Below, in pieces: positions 13,743-20,836 of a stretch of 20,836 bases of DNA. Within the stretch, counting starts at the first letter, position 1. Every line of letters starts with the position of its first letter. The stretch is from Acidimicrobiales bacterium. Lineage in GTDB: Bacteria > Actinomycetota > Acidimicrobiia > Acidimicrobiales > Acidimicrobilacustridaceae. The stretch spans positions 1-20,836 of the forward strand of contig JALOLF010000084.1 of assembly GCA_025456085.1 (NCBI GenBank), written 5' to 3'. The translations under genes and the position numbers were made by a program. Under the pieces are notes generated by a model. It did no database searches, was not told the DNA's origin, and worked only from the letters and a program-made list of their open reading frames with translations.

Positions 13743-15889
13743 GCACCGCCACCCCCGTGACCGTGGTGGTGCCCGTCTACCGGGGCCTCGACGACGTGCG
13801 GGCCTGCCTGGCCAGCCTGCGACGCCACGCCGCGGGATGCGCCACCGACCACGACGTGCTGCTCATCGACGACGCCTCGCCCGAACCGGGCATGGCCGCC
13901 CTGCTCGACGGCCTGGCCGGCGGAGCGACCGGCGGCCCGACGGTGCGGGTGCTGCACAACGCGCAGAACCTCGGTTTCGCGGGCACCGTCAACCGGGGCT
14001 TCGCCGAGTCCGACGGCGACGTGGTGGTGCTCAACGCCGACACCGTCGTCACCGCCGGCTGGCTCGACCGTCTCGCGGCCACGGCCGCCACGGCCACCGA
14101 CGTCGCCACGGTGACGCCGCTGACCAACGCCGGGTCCATCTGCACGGTGCCCCGGGCGGTCATCGCCACCTTCGACCTCGACGGGGACCAGCCCCGCATC
14201 GACGACTGCGCCGCCCACGTGGCGGCCGAGTCGCTGAACCTGCGGCCGGCGGTCATCACCGGGGTGGGGTTCTGCCTGTACGTCACCCGGGCCGCGCTCG
14301 ACGACGTCGGCCCCTTCGACGCCGAGACCTTCGCAGCCGGCTACGGAGAGGAGGTGGACTTCTGCCTGCGGGCCGGCGCCCGGGGCTGGCGGCACCTGGT
14401 GGACGACGCCACCTTTGTCTTCCACCGCCAGGGTGGCTCGTTCGGCGCAGCCCGCGACGAGCGACGCGCCACCAGCGCCGCCCTGCTGCACCAGCGGTAC
14501 CCCACCTTCGGGGCCGAGAACGCCGCCGAACGGGCCCGGGACCCGCTGGCCGTGCCGTTCGCGGCCCTGGAGCTGGGCCTGCACCGCCGGCGTCCCGACC
14601 GGCCCCTGGTGCTGCACCTGCTGCACAACTCCCCCGAGGAGCTGGGCGGCACCGAGACCCACCTGCGCACCCTCGTGGAGGCGCTGTGGCAGGAGTTCGA
14701 CGTCGCGGTGCTGCACCCGGTGCGCGGCGGTTTCGTCCTGCGGATCACCTTCGAGGACCGCCACGGCACCCGCGCCGAGCAGGAGCTCCACCTGCCCGGC
14801 GCACCCGAGCTCGACGCGCCGGCCGGCACCGGGGGACCCGCCGGGGAGGAGGTGCTCGACGAGCACGCAGCCGAGGCCCTGCGCCTGGCGCTGGCGCTGG
14901 AGGACGTGGCCGCCGTGCACCTGCAGAACCTGGTGGGCCACTCGTTGGCGCCGCTAGCGGTGCTGGCCGACTTCCCCGGTCCGGTGGTGTGCTCGGTGCG
15001 CGACCTGTACCTGGCCTGCCCCCACCACTGGCTGCTCTACCGCAACGCCGAGCCGTGCGGCATCCCCGAGGACCGCTCGCTGTGCGCCCGGTGCCTGCCG
15101 GAGGCCAAGGGCCTCCCGGTCGAGTACCTGGAGACCTTCCGCGACACGGTGACCCGCTGGCTCGACACCGTCGACCACTGGGTCTTCTCCACCAGGAGTG
15201 CCGCCGACTACTTCGCCCGGGTCTACGACGTGCCCGAGGAACGGGTGCAGCTCATCCCCCACGGCGCCACCATCCCCCTCGGCCCCCGAGATGGCGACGC
15301 CGACCTGCCTGACACGGACGCCGTGCTCACTGGTCCGCTGCGCCTGGCCTTCGTGGGTCGGGGGTGGGCCAAGAAGGGGCTGGGCGTCGTCAACCACCTG
15401 GTGGCCGACCTGGCAACCATGGACGAAGACGCTGTCGACGTGGAGGTGCACCACTTCGGCGAGCTGCGCGAGGCCGCCCACCCCGATCTGGTCCTGCACG
15501 GCACCTACGACAACCGGGACCTCCCCGGTCTGCTGCACCGCGCCGGCATGCACGTGGTGCTGTTGCCCGGCCCCTACGCCGAGACCTTCGGCCACGTGAT
15601 GACCGAGGCGCTGGTGGCCGGCCTGCCGGTGATCGGCGCCGGCTACGGAGCGTTGGGCGAACGCATCCGGGCCGAGGCGGTGGGCTGGACCATCGAGCCC
15701 ACCGACGCCGACGGGGTGCGCGACCTGGTGGTGAACCTGGCCCGCTGCCGCCCGGAGGTGCGCCGAGCCACCCGCCAGGCCCGACGCGTCGCGCTGCGAA
15801 CCGTCGCCGAGACCGCGGATCGCTACGCTGCCCTCTACCGCGCGCCGGCCCCGGCGGGGCGCGAACCCACGTGGGAAGCGACGACGTGA
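13739..15889 (+). CDS. bifunctional glycosyltransferase: N-terminal GT2 (GT-A) domain + C-terminal GT4/GT1 (GT-B) domain
   Basis: VTVVVPVYRG...LLIDDASPE...VLNADTV (GT2 DxD region) and, at the C-terminus, ETFGHVMTEALVAGLPVIGAGYGALGERI (the GT4 E-x7-E-like motif). 716 aa. The GTG start overlaps the upstream TGA. Confidence 0.85.
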   Translation: MSTATPVTVVVPVYRGLDDVRACLASLRRHAAGCATDHDVLLIDDASPEPGMAALLDGLAGGATGGPTVRVLHNAQNLGFAGTVNRGFAESDGDVVVLNADTVVTAGWLDRLAATAATATDVATVTPLTNAGSICTVPRAVIATFDLDGDQPRIDDCAAHVAAESLNLRPAVITGVGFCLYVTRAALDDVGPFDAETFAAGYGEEVDFCLRAGARGWRHLVDDATFVFHRQGGSFGAARDERRATSAALLHQRYPTFGAENAAERARDPLAVPFAALELGLHRRRPDRPLVLHLLHNSPEELGGTETHLRTLVEALWQEFDVAVLHPVRGGFVLRITFEDRHGTRAEQELHLPGAPELDAPAGTGGPAGEEVLDEHAAEALRLALALEDVAAVHLQNLVGHSLAPLAVLADFPGPVVCSVRDLYLACPHHWLLYRNAEPCGIPEDRSLCARCLPEAKGLPVEYLETFRDTVTRWLDTVDHWVFSTRSAADYFARVYDVPEERVQLIPHGATIPLGPRDGDADLPDTDAVLTGPLRLAFVGRGWAKKGLGVVNHLVADLATMDEDAVDVEVHHFGELREAAHPDLVLHGTYDNRDLPGLLHRAGMHVVLLPGPYAETFGHVMTEALVAGLPVIGAGYGALGERIRAEAVGWTIEPTDADGVRDLVVNLARCRPEVRRATRQARRVALRTVAETADRYAALYRAPAPAGREPTWEATT

Positions 15890-16857
15890 CCGACGACGAG
15901 CAACGCCTGAGGCGGCACCTGCGTGCCTTGGCGGCCACCAACCGACAGCTCCACGAGCAGGTGGAGGCGCTCGGGGGCGGCCGGCCCGCCAAGGACCTGC
16001 GCGACGACCTGACCCGGCTCGCGGGCCGCGGCGAGCGCGACTGCATCCTGGCCCAGCGCGAGGACGGCGCGGTGTTCCTCGTGGACGGCGGCCTGCGCCG
16101 CGACGTGACCTGGCAGCTGCTGGCCGAGGCCCTCGAACGCCACCTCGGCGGTCGACGCGAGCTGGGCGCGGACGAGCTCGACGCGCTCGAGGCGGGCCCA
16201 CCGGTCCAGGTCCTGCAGAGCTCCCACGGCGCACCGTTCGTGGTCGTCGGCGGTGAGCGCCTCCCGCTGCGCGGCCTACCCACCCCCCTGTTCGTGCCCG
16301 CCCGCGACGTACGCGACCTGGGTGAGGGTCCGACCCTGTCGGTGGGGCCCGACGGCGGCGAGCAGTCCGCCGCCGCCCGACGGACCAGGCGGGCCCGACG
16401 CTGGCTGGCCGAGCTCGCCGCCCAGCCGCCCGACGCCGACGGCGCCATCGCTCCCCAGCTGGTGGCCGCACCCGACGGCGCCGTGCACCTGCTCGACGGC
16501 GGTCGGCGCCGTCGGGTCGCCGGCCGCCTGTTGGCCGACGCGCTCGCCACCCGGTTCGGCCCGTGGCGACCCGTCACCGACGACGAGCTGGACCGCCGGC
16601 CGGAAGGCCCCCCGGTGGAGGTGCTCGAAGGTCCCGACGGCGCGGCAGTCGTCGTGGCCGCGGGCCGGCGGCTGCGCCTCCGGGGCTACCCGGCCGCCCA
16701 CCTCGTCGACGCCGCCGGGCTCGACGACTTCCCTGAGGGCGACCCGCTCCCCCTGCAGACCCCGAACACGGGGACCGGTGGCGGGTCGCTGCTCGACAGC
16801 GGACGCCACCAGGTGGTCGAGCTGGGTAGCCGGCTCCGTTCCCGGCTCGGCCGATGA
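15886..16857 (+). CDS. hypothetical protein with an N-terminal coiled-coil-like segment and an internally duplicated roughly 95-aa domain
   Basis: Repeat 1 reads DGAVFLVDGGLRRDVTWQLLAEAL...ELDALEAGPPVQVL...VVVGGERLPLRGLP. Repeat 2 reads DGAVHLLDGGRRRRVAGRLLADAL...ELDRRPEGPPVEVL...VVVAAGRRLRLRGYP. GTGA and ATGA overlaps lie at the two ends. Confidence 0.6.
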   Translation: MTDDEQRLRRHLRALAATNRQLHEQVEALGGGRPAKDLRDDLTRLAGRGERDCILAQREDGAVFLVDGGLRRDVTWQLLAEALERHLGGRRELGADELDALEAGPPVQVLQSSHGAPFVVVGGERLPLRGLPTPLFVPARDVRDLGEGPTLSVGPDGGEQSAAARRTRRARRWLAELAAQPPDADGAIAPQLVAAPDGAVHLLDGGRRRRVAGRLLADALATRFGPWRPVTDDELDRRPEGPPVEVLEGPDGAAVVVAAGRRLRLRGYPAAHLVDAAGLDDFPEGDPLPLQTPNTGTGGGSLLDSGRHQVVELGSRLRSRLGR

Positions 16858-17606
16858 CGCCGCCGCTACCCACCTTCCTCGTCATCGGCGCGCAGAAGAG
16901 CGCCACCCGCTGGCTGCGACTCAACCTGTTGGCCCATCCCGAGGTGTACCTCGCCCCGACCGAGCTCGAGTTCTTCGACCACGACGACCGCTTCGAGCGA
17001 CTCGGCCCCGACTGGTACCGCCAGCAGTTCGCCGACTGGGACGGCGCCCCCATCATCGGGGAATCGACACCCGGCTACCTGATGTGGCGGCGCCGGCCCG
17101 AGGTGGTGGCCGAGCGCATCGAGCGCACCCTGCCCGACGTGCGGCTGGTCGCCCTGCTGCGCAACCCGGTCGACCGGGCCCACTCGGCCATGGTGCATCA
17201 CATCACCCGGGAACGGCTCCGACCCGACAGCTCCCTGGTGGCGCTGGCCCGCACCCGGCCCGCCGACACCGACTGGCTGGGACTCGTCGCCGGCGGGTGG
17301 TACGGGGCGAGCCTCGAACCGTACGTGCGCCGCTTCGGCGAGCGGCTGCTGGTGCTGCTGCACGACGACGTCGGCACCGACCCGGCCGGCGTGTACGCCG
17401 CCGTGCTGCGCCACCTGGGCGCCGACGCCACCTTCGTACCCCCCGAGCTCGACCAGGTCCGCTTCTCCAACCGTGCGGCCGCACCCCGAGACGTGCGCCC
17501 GCTGTCCGACGCGGACCGCCGCGAGCTGCACAACTACTTCGTCGACGACCTCCGCCGGCTCGAGGACCTCCTCGACCGGGACCTGCGTTGCTGGGAGCCC
17601 GCATGA
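16854..17606 (+). CDS. sulfotransferase (Sulfotransfer_1 family, carbohydrate sulfotransferase-like)
   Basis: 5'-PSB motif TFLVIGAQKSATRWL (like PKSGTTW) and 3'-PB motif LLRNPVDRAHS (like RNPxDxxVS). 250 aa. ATGA overlaps at both ends. Confidence 0.85.
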   Translation: MTPPLPTFLVIGAQKSATRWLRLNLLAHPEVYLAPTELEFFDHDDRFERLGPDWYRQQFADWDGAPIIGESTPGYLMWRRRPEVVAERIERTLPDVRLVALLRNPVDRAHSAMVHHITRERLRPDSSLVALARTRPADTDWLGLVAGGWYGASLEPYVRRFGERLLVLLHDDVGTDPAGVYAAVLRHLGADATFVPPELDQVRFSNRAAAPRDVRPLSDADRRELHNYFVDDLRRLEDLLDRDLRCWEPA

Positions 17607-19282
17607 CCGCGCTGCACGAGCTCGCCGCCCTCGCCCTGTGCGACCCCAGGGCCGCCGACCCCTCGGGCCGACGCCGAACCGACCCGGAGCTCGACCGCCG
17701 GGTCGCCCTGAGCCGCAAGGCCGCGTGGTGGTTCTTCGTGGCCGCCCTGGTCGCGGGGACCGTGGTGCTGCTCGTGGCGTTCGCCGACTACCAGTGGTTC
17801 TTCCTGGACGAGTGGCTGTTCCTGTCCGATCGCGAGGCCACCTCGATCGACGACCTGCTCCGGGACCACAACGGCCACTGGTCGACCGGGCCGGTCCTCG
17901 TCTACCGGCTGCTGTTCGCGTTGTTCGGACTGCGGACCTACCTGCCGTATCAGCTACCCGTCATCGCCTCGCACCTGGCAACCGTGGTGCTGTTGCGTCT
18001 CGTGATGCGCCGCAGCGGCGTGAGCCCGTGGATCGCCACGTTCGCCGCGCTGCCCCTGCTGCTGTTCGGCAGCGGCCAGGAGAACATCCTCTGGGGGTTC
18101 CAGATCGCCCTGGCCGGCGCCCTCCCCCTCGGGCTGGGCCACGCCCTGCTGGCCGACCACGACGGCGCCATCGACAAACGGGACTGGATCGGCCTGGCGC
18201 TCGGCGGGCTGGCGCTCACGTTCGGCGCCGTCGGGGTCGTGATGATCGGCGTGGTTGCCGTGTCGACCTTCCTACGCCGCAGCTGGAAGCCAGCGCTGTT
18301 CCACGCCGGGCCGCTCGTGGCCGTGTACCTCGTGTGGCGGGCTGCCATGGAGCCCGCGAACTCGCTGCTCACCGGCCTCGAGAGCGTGGACGTCGTCTTC
18401 CGCTTCGCCCGGGACCTGTTCTCGGACTCCTACGACGCGCTGGCAGGCGGGGCCGTGCTCGCGTGGCTGGTCGCGCTGCTCCTCGTCGGCGGTGGTGTCC
18501 TGATCGCGCGCACGAGGTCCCTGCGCGACATCCGAGCCGAGCTCGCTGTACCCATCGCGTTGCTCTTGGGCGCGGTCGCGTTCGCCGTGCTCACCGGCAT
18601 GAGCCGGTGGTTCGGCGGAACCGCCGGCACCGCACCGGGGCGCTACATCTACCTCCTGGCGGCCTTCACGCTGGTGCCGCTGGGGGTCGCGGCCGACGCC
18701 ATCCTGCGGCGGTGGCCACTGGCTTTTCCTGGCGTGGCGGTGCTCCTGCTGGCCGGCGTCCCGTCGAACATCGACGCCTTCGCCCCCGCCCTGTCGAGCA
18801 GCCCGGCGACCCTCGTCGGTTGGGCGAGCCATCCCCTCGTCGACCAGGTCGCCGCCGGTGTGCGCCCGGACCCCACGGGCCACCCCGGCCTGACGGTGGG
18901 ATGGCTCCGTGACGTGCGCGACGCAGACGACCTCCCCGATGCCGAGCCTCCCGGACGGTCGCCTGCCGACCGGATCCGGCTCGGACTGCTCCAGTCAGAC
19001 GACACGGCACCGACCGGGTGCGTCGAGCTCGCCGGCCCTGTCGACCTCTCGCTGGGCAAGGGCGACCGGGTCGGCTTCGAGGTGGTGGCCGTCGAACCGG
19101 ACCTTCCGCTCCTGGTCCCGGACCTGCTCATCGCCCCGAAGGAGGGCAGGACCGATCGCTCGGTGGGGTACGCGGCGCGCGACGGCAACGTCCTGGAGGC
19201 ACAGACCGACCTGGAGCTGACGCTGCAACCCACCGACAGCGTGACCGTCCGCGTGTGCCACCCCTCCCTCGCATCGGGCTGA
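17603..19282 (+). CDS. polytopic integral membrane protein (about 10-11 TM helices) with a roughly 170-aa C-terminal soluble domain; possible GT-C-type transferase or polymer-processing protein
   Basis: Multiple hydrophobic helices (WWFFVAALVAGTVVLLVAF, LPYQLPVIASHLATVVLLRLV, IATFAALPLLLFGSG, IGLALGGLALTFGAVGVVMIGVVAV, VLAWLVALLLVGGGVLIA, YIYLLAAFTLVPLGVAA, AFPGVAVLLLAGV). ATG 17603 overlaps the upstream TGA. The track ORF 16253..19282 has a junk N-terminal extension. Confidence 0.75.
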   Translation: MTALHELAALALCDPRAADPSGRRRTDPELDRRVALSRKAAWWFFVAALVAGTVVLLVAFADYQWFFLDEWLFLSDREATSIDDLLRDHNGHWSTGPVLVYRLLFALFGLRTYLPYQLPVIASHLATVVLLRLVMRRSGVSPWIATFAALPLLLFGSGQENILWGFQIALAGALPLGLGHALLADHDGAIDKRDWIGLALGGLALTFGAVGVVMIGVVAVSTFLRRSWKPALFHAGPLVAVYLVWRAAMEPANSLLTGLESVDVVFRFARDLFSDSYDALAGGAVLAWLVALLLVGGGVLIARTRSLRDIRAELAVPIALLLGAVAFAVLTGMSRWFGGTAGTAPGRYIYLLAAFTLVPLGVAADAILRRWPLAFPGVAVLLLAGVPSNIDAFAPALSSSPATLVGWASHPLVDQVAAGVRPDPTGHPGLTVGWLRDVRDADDLPDAEPPGRSPADRIRLGLLQSDDTAPTGCVELAGPVDLSLGKGDRVGFEVVAVEPDLPLLVPDLLIAPKEGRTDRSVGYAARDGNVLEAQTDLELTLQPTDSVTVRVCHPSLASG

Positions 19283-19304
19283 GCCGGCGACGGAGCTTCG
19301 GTCG

Positions 19305-20836
19305 TCACACGAAGCGTCGCGCCACCCGCCGGGCGGTGTCGTCGACGCGCGACGGCAGGCGGGGCCCGACCCGCTGCCAGTTGCGCCAGGCCAGCTCCAC
19401 CGCGCGGGCCCGCAGCGCGGGGTTGCGGTCCAACAGCACCTGGGTGCGGCTTCGGGCCTGTTCCCGGGCCCGGAAGTAGCTGTCCATCCAGCCCGCCACG
19501 GCCCGGGCGATGTCGCGGTTCCGGGCGTGGCGCTCGGGCGGGCAGCTCGCCAGGCGGGCCGTCTCGGCGTCGCCCATCCACTTGTCCAGGAACCGCTGGC
19601 GGTTGGCGGCCCACAGCCCCCGCCAGTCGTCGAGACGCGTCGCGGTGCCCTTGGAGATGTGGTCGACCAGCACCCGCTCGTCGACCACGATGTCGAGCTC
19701 GTTGACCCACACCTGGAACGCCAGGTCCACGTCCTCGCCCGAGGCCACCGGATACTCCTCGGACCAGCCGCCCAGCTCCTCGACGACGGCGCGGCGCATC
19801 ACCCACACCACCGCCGCGGGCGGCGCCGAGAACGGTGCCACGTCGAAGACCTCCGTGCCGGGCACCTCCCGCACGCTGATGGCGTTGTTGGCGGCCGTGA
19901 CCGCCGGGGCCACGATGCCCACCCCGGGTCGCTCGTCGAGCACCGACACCAGCGTCGACGCCCAGGCCTCGGGTAGGACCGTGTCGTTGTTGCAGAAGGC
20001 CACGTAGCGACCCCGGGCCTGGGCCAGCCCCTGGTTCATGCCGCAGGCGAAGCCCCGGTTCGTGGGGTTGAGCACCACCCGGTCGCCGGCGTGCGCCGCG
20101 TAGTGGGCCGCCTCGGGGGCCGAACCGTTGTCGACCACGATCAGCTCGTAGGGCACGTCGGTGTGGGCCCGCACCGACTGCACGAAGCGCTGGGTCAACA
20201 GCAGCTGGTCCCAGGCCGGCACCACCACCGACAGCACCGGATCGTCCGGTGCCTCGGGCCGCTGTGGCGGCGGCGCGCTGATCATGCCGGCCACGACGCC
20301 ATCGAGCACCTCGGCCAGCTCGTCGGTGCGTCGCTCCCAGTCGAAGGACCCGGCCACCAGCTCGAGGCCGTTGCGGGCGAGCCGCTGCGCCAGCTCGGGA
20401 TCGTCCAGCAGGCGCCTCACGGCTTCGGCCATGGCCCCTGCGTCCTTCGGAGGCACGACGAGCGCCGTCTCGCCGTCGATCGCGTACTCGCGGCAGCCTC
20501 CGTTGTCGGTGGTGACCAGCGGTGCGCCACACGCCAGGGCCTCGAGGCCGGGCTGGCAGAACCCCTCGTACCAGGAGCCCACGGCGAACACCTGGGCAGC
20601 GCTGTAGGCCCGACCTAGCTCCTCCTGGGAGAGGTGCTTCGGGGCGTAGCGGTCGAGGGGCACGCCGGCCCGACGGGCCGCCTCCACGATGGTGTCGGTG
20701 CCCTTCCACGGGCGGCGGTCGTCGCCCACGCACAGCAGTGGCACCGTGCGGGGCACGTCCCAGGGGTGGAAGGTGTCGCGGTTGACGCCGCCGAGCTGCA
20801 CCGTGGGCCGCACGCCGGTCACCTCGGCGACGCGGT
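19305..20836 (-). CDS. bifunctional glycosyltransferase, GT4-type domain followed by GT2 domain (N-terminus lies beyond the right edge of the window)
   Basis: The frame stays open past the track start at 20822 to the window end. GT4 C-terminal motif GFCQPGLEALACGAPLVTTDNGGCREY, then GT2 LSVVVPAWDQ...LIVVDNGS...AFCNNDTV. Stop TGA (complement) at 19305-19307. Convergent with the 17603 gene, with a 22-bp gap. Confidence 0.8.
   Translation of the reverse strand, partial: RVAEVTGVRPTVQLGGVNRDTFHPWDVPRTVPLLCVGDDRRPWKGTDTIVEAARRAGVPLDRYAPKHLSQEELGRAYSAAQVFAVGSWYEGFCQPGLEALACGAPLVTTDNGGCREYAIDGETALVVPPKDAGAMAEAVRRLLDDPELAQRLARNGLELVAGSFDWERRTDELAEVLDGVVAGMISAPPPQRPEAPDDPVLSVVVPAWDQLLLTQRFVQSVRAHTDVPYELIVVDNGSAPEAAHYAAHAGDRVVLNPTNRGFACGMNQGLAQARGRYVAFCNNDTVLPEAWASTLVSVLDERPGVGIVAPAVTAANNAISVREVPGTEVFDVAPFSAPPAAVVWVMRRAVVEELGGWSEEYPVASGEDVDLAFQVWVNELDIVVDERVLVDHISKGTATRLDDWRGLWAANRQRFLDKWMGDAETARLASCPPERHARNRDIARAVAGWMDSYFRAREQARSRTQVLLDRNPALRARAVELAWRNWQRVGPRLPSRVDDTARRVARRFV

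Noticed and set aside
10962-16577. ORFs 10962..12029 (-), 11072..11878 (+), 11890..12585 (-), 12435..13208 (-), 12797..14941 (-), 13678..15312 (+), 14954..16471 (-) and 15390..16577 (-).
   Set aside because: These are alternate or antisense frames with Arg/Gly/Pro/Ser-rich translations lacking motifs. The chosen frames have sulfotransferase and GT motifs and mutually consistent 4-nt overlaps.
16253-20733. ORF 16253..17602 (the extension of the membrane protein frame), and ORFs 16866..17531 (-), 17473..18912 (+), 18272..18883 (-), 18649..20733 (-), 19527..19976 (+) and 20091..20618 (+).
   Set aside because: These are junk low-complexity translations. The membrane protein is better started at ATG 17603 (ATGA coupling), and the minus-strand GT4-GT2 frame 19305..20836 carries the real motifs.
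1-20836. Search for tRNA/rRNA/ncRNA genes, prophage or IS elements, and classical Rho-independent terminators.
   Set aside because: There are no cloverleaf-compatible segments or rRNA-like conserved blocks, and no integrase, transposase or phage structural motifs in any frame. GC hairpins exist at convergent gene ends, but none has a U-tract, so the terminator calls are left at low confidence.

Overview
This is a high-GC (roughly 72%) actinobacterial-type window, densely coding, with no rRNA, tRNA, CRISPR or mobile-element signatures. Almost all of it reads as one cell-surface glycan biosynthesis and export locus. Many long alternate-frame ORFs in the track are GC-driven artefacts with Arg/Gly/Pro/Ala low-complexity translations.

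(1) Left edge: the 3' part of a GT61/DUF563-like glycosyltransferase and a convergent SnoaL/NTF2-fold gene.

(2) A nonulosonic-acid-type precursor module. A KdsC-family HAD phosphatase, a CMP-sugar cytidylyltransferase (NeuA/KdsB fold) fused in one ORF to a Gfo/Idh/MocA oxidoreductase, and an SDR oxidoreductase are chained by 4-nt ATGA start/stop overlaps. They are followed by a NeuB-family (PEP-condensing) synthase that appears to lack the C-terminal SAF domain, and a 631-aa TagF/KpsC-like (K-x-HP motif) putative transferase or polymerase.

(3) An intergenic block with two perfect 17-bp palindromes embedded in roughly 36-bp direct repeats. A related palindrome with the same GGAATCC core lies upstream of the 631-aa gene.

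(4) An SPFH/band-7 membrane protein with a long Pro/Ala-rich tail.

(5) A wzm/wzt-type ABC-2 polysaccharide exporter pair on the minus strand.

(6) A ModA-like oxyanion-binding lipoprotein.

(7) Six plus-strand genes with five consecutive 4-nt (ATGA/GTGA) start/stop overlaps: two sulfotransferases, a bifunctional GT2-GT4 glycosyltransferase, two proteins of unknown function (one an internal tandem-domain duplication) and a polytopic membrane protein. A convergent GT4-GT2 glycosyltransferase runs off the right edge.

Taken together this looks like a candidate, apparently undescribed, pathway for a sulfated ulosonic-acid (Kdn/sialic-like, teichulosonic-type) surface polymer exported by an ABC transporter. 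All family assignments are from motif recognition by eye and need HMM/BLAST confirmation.
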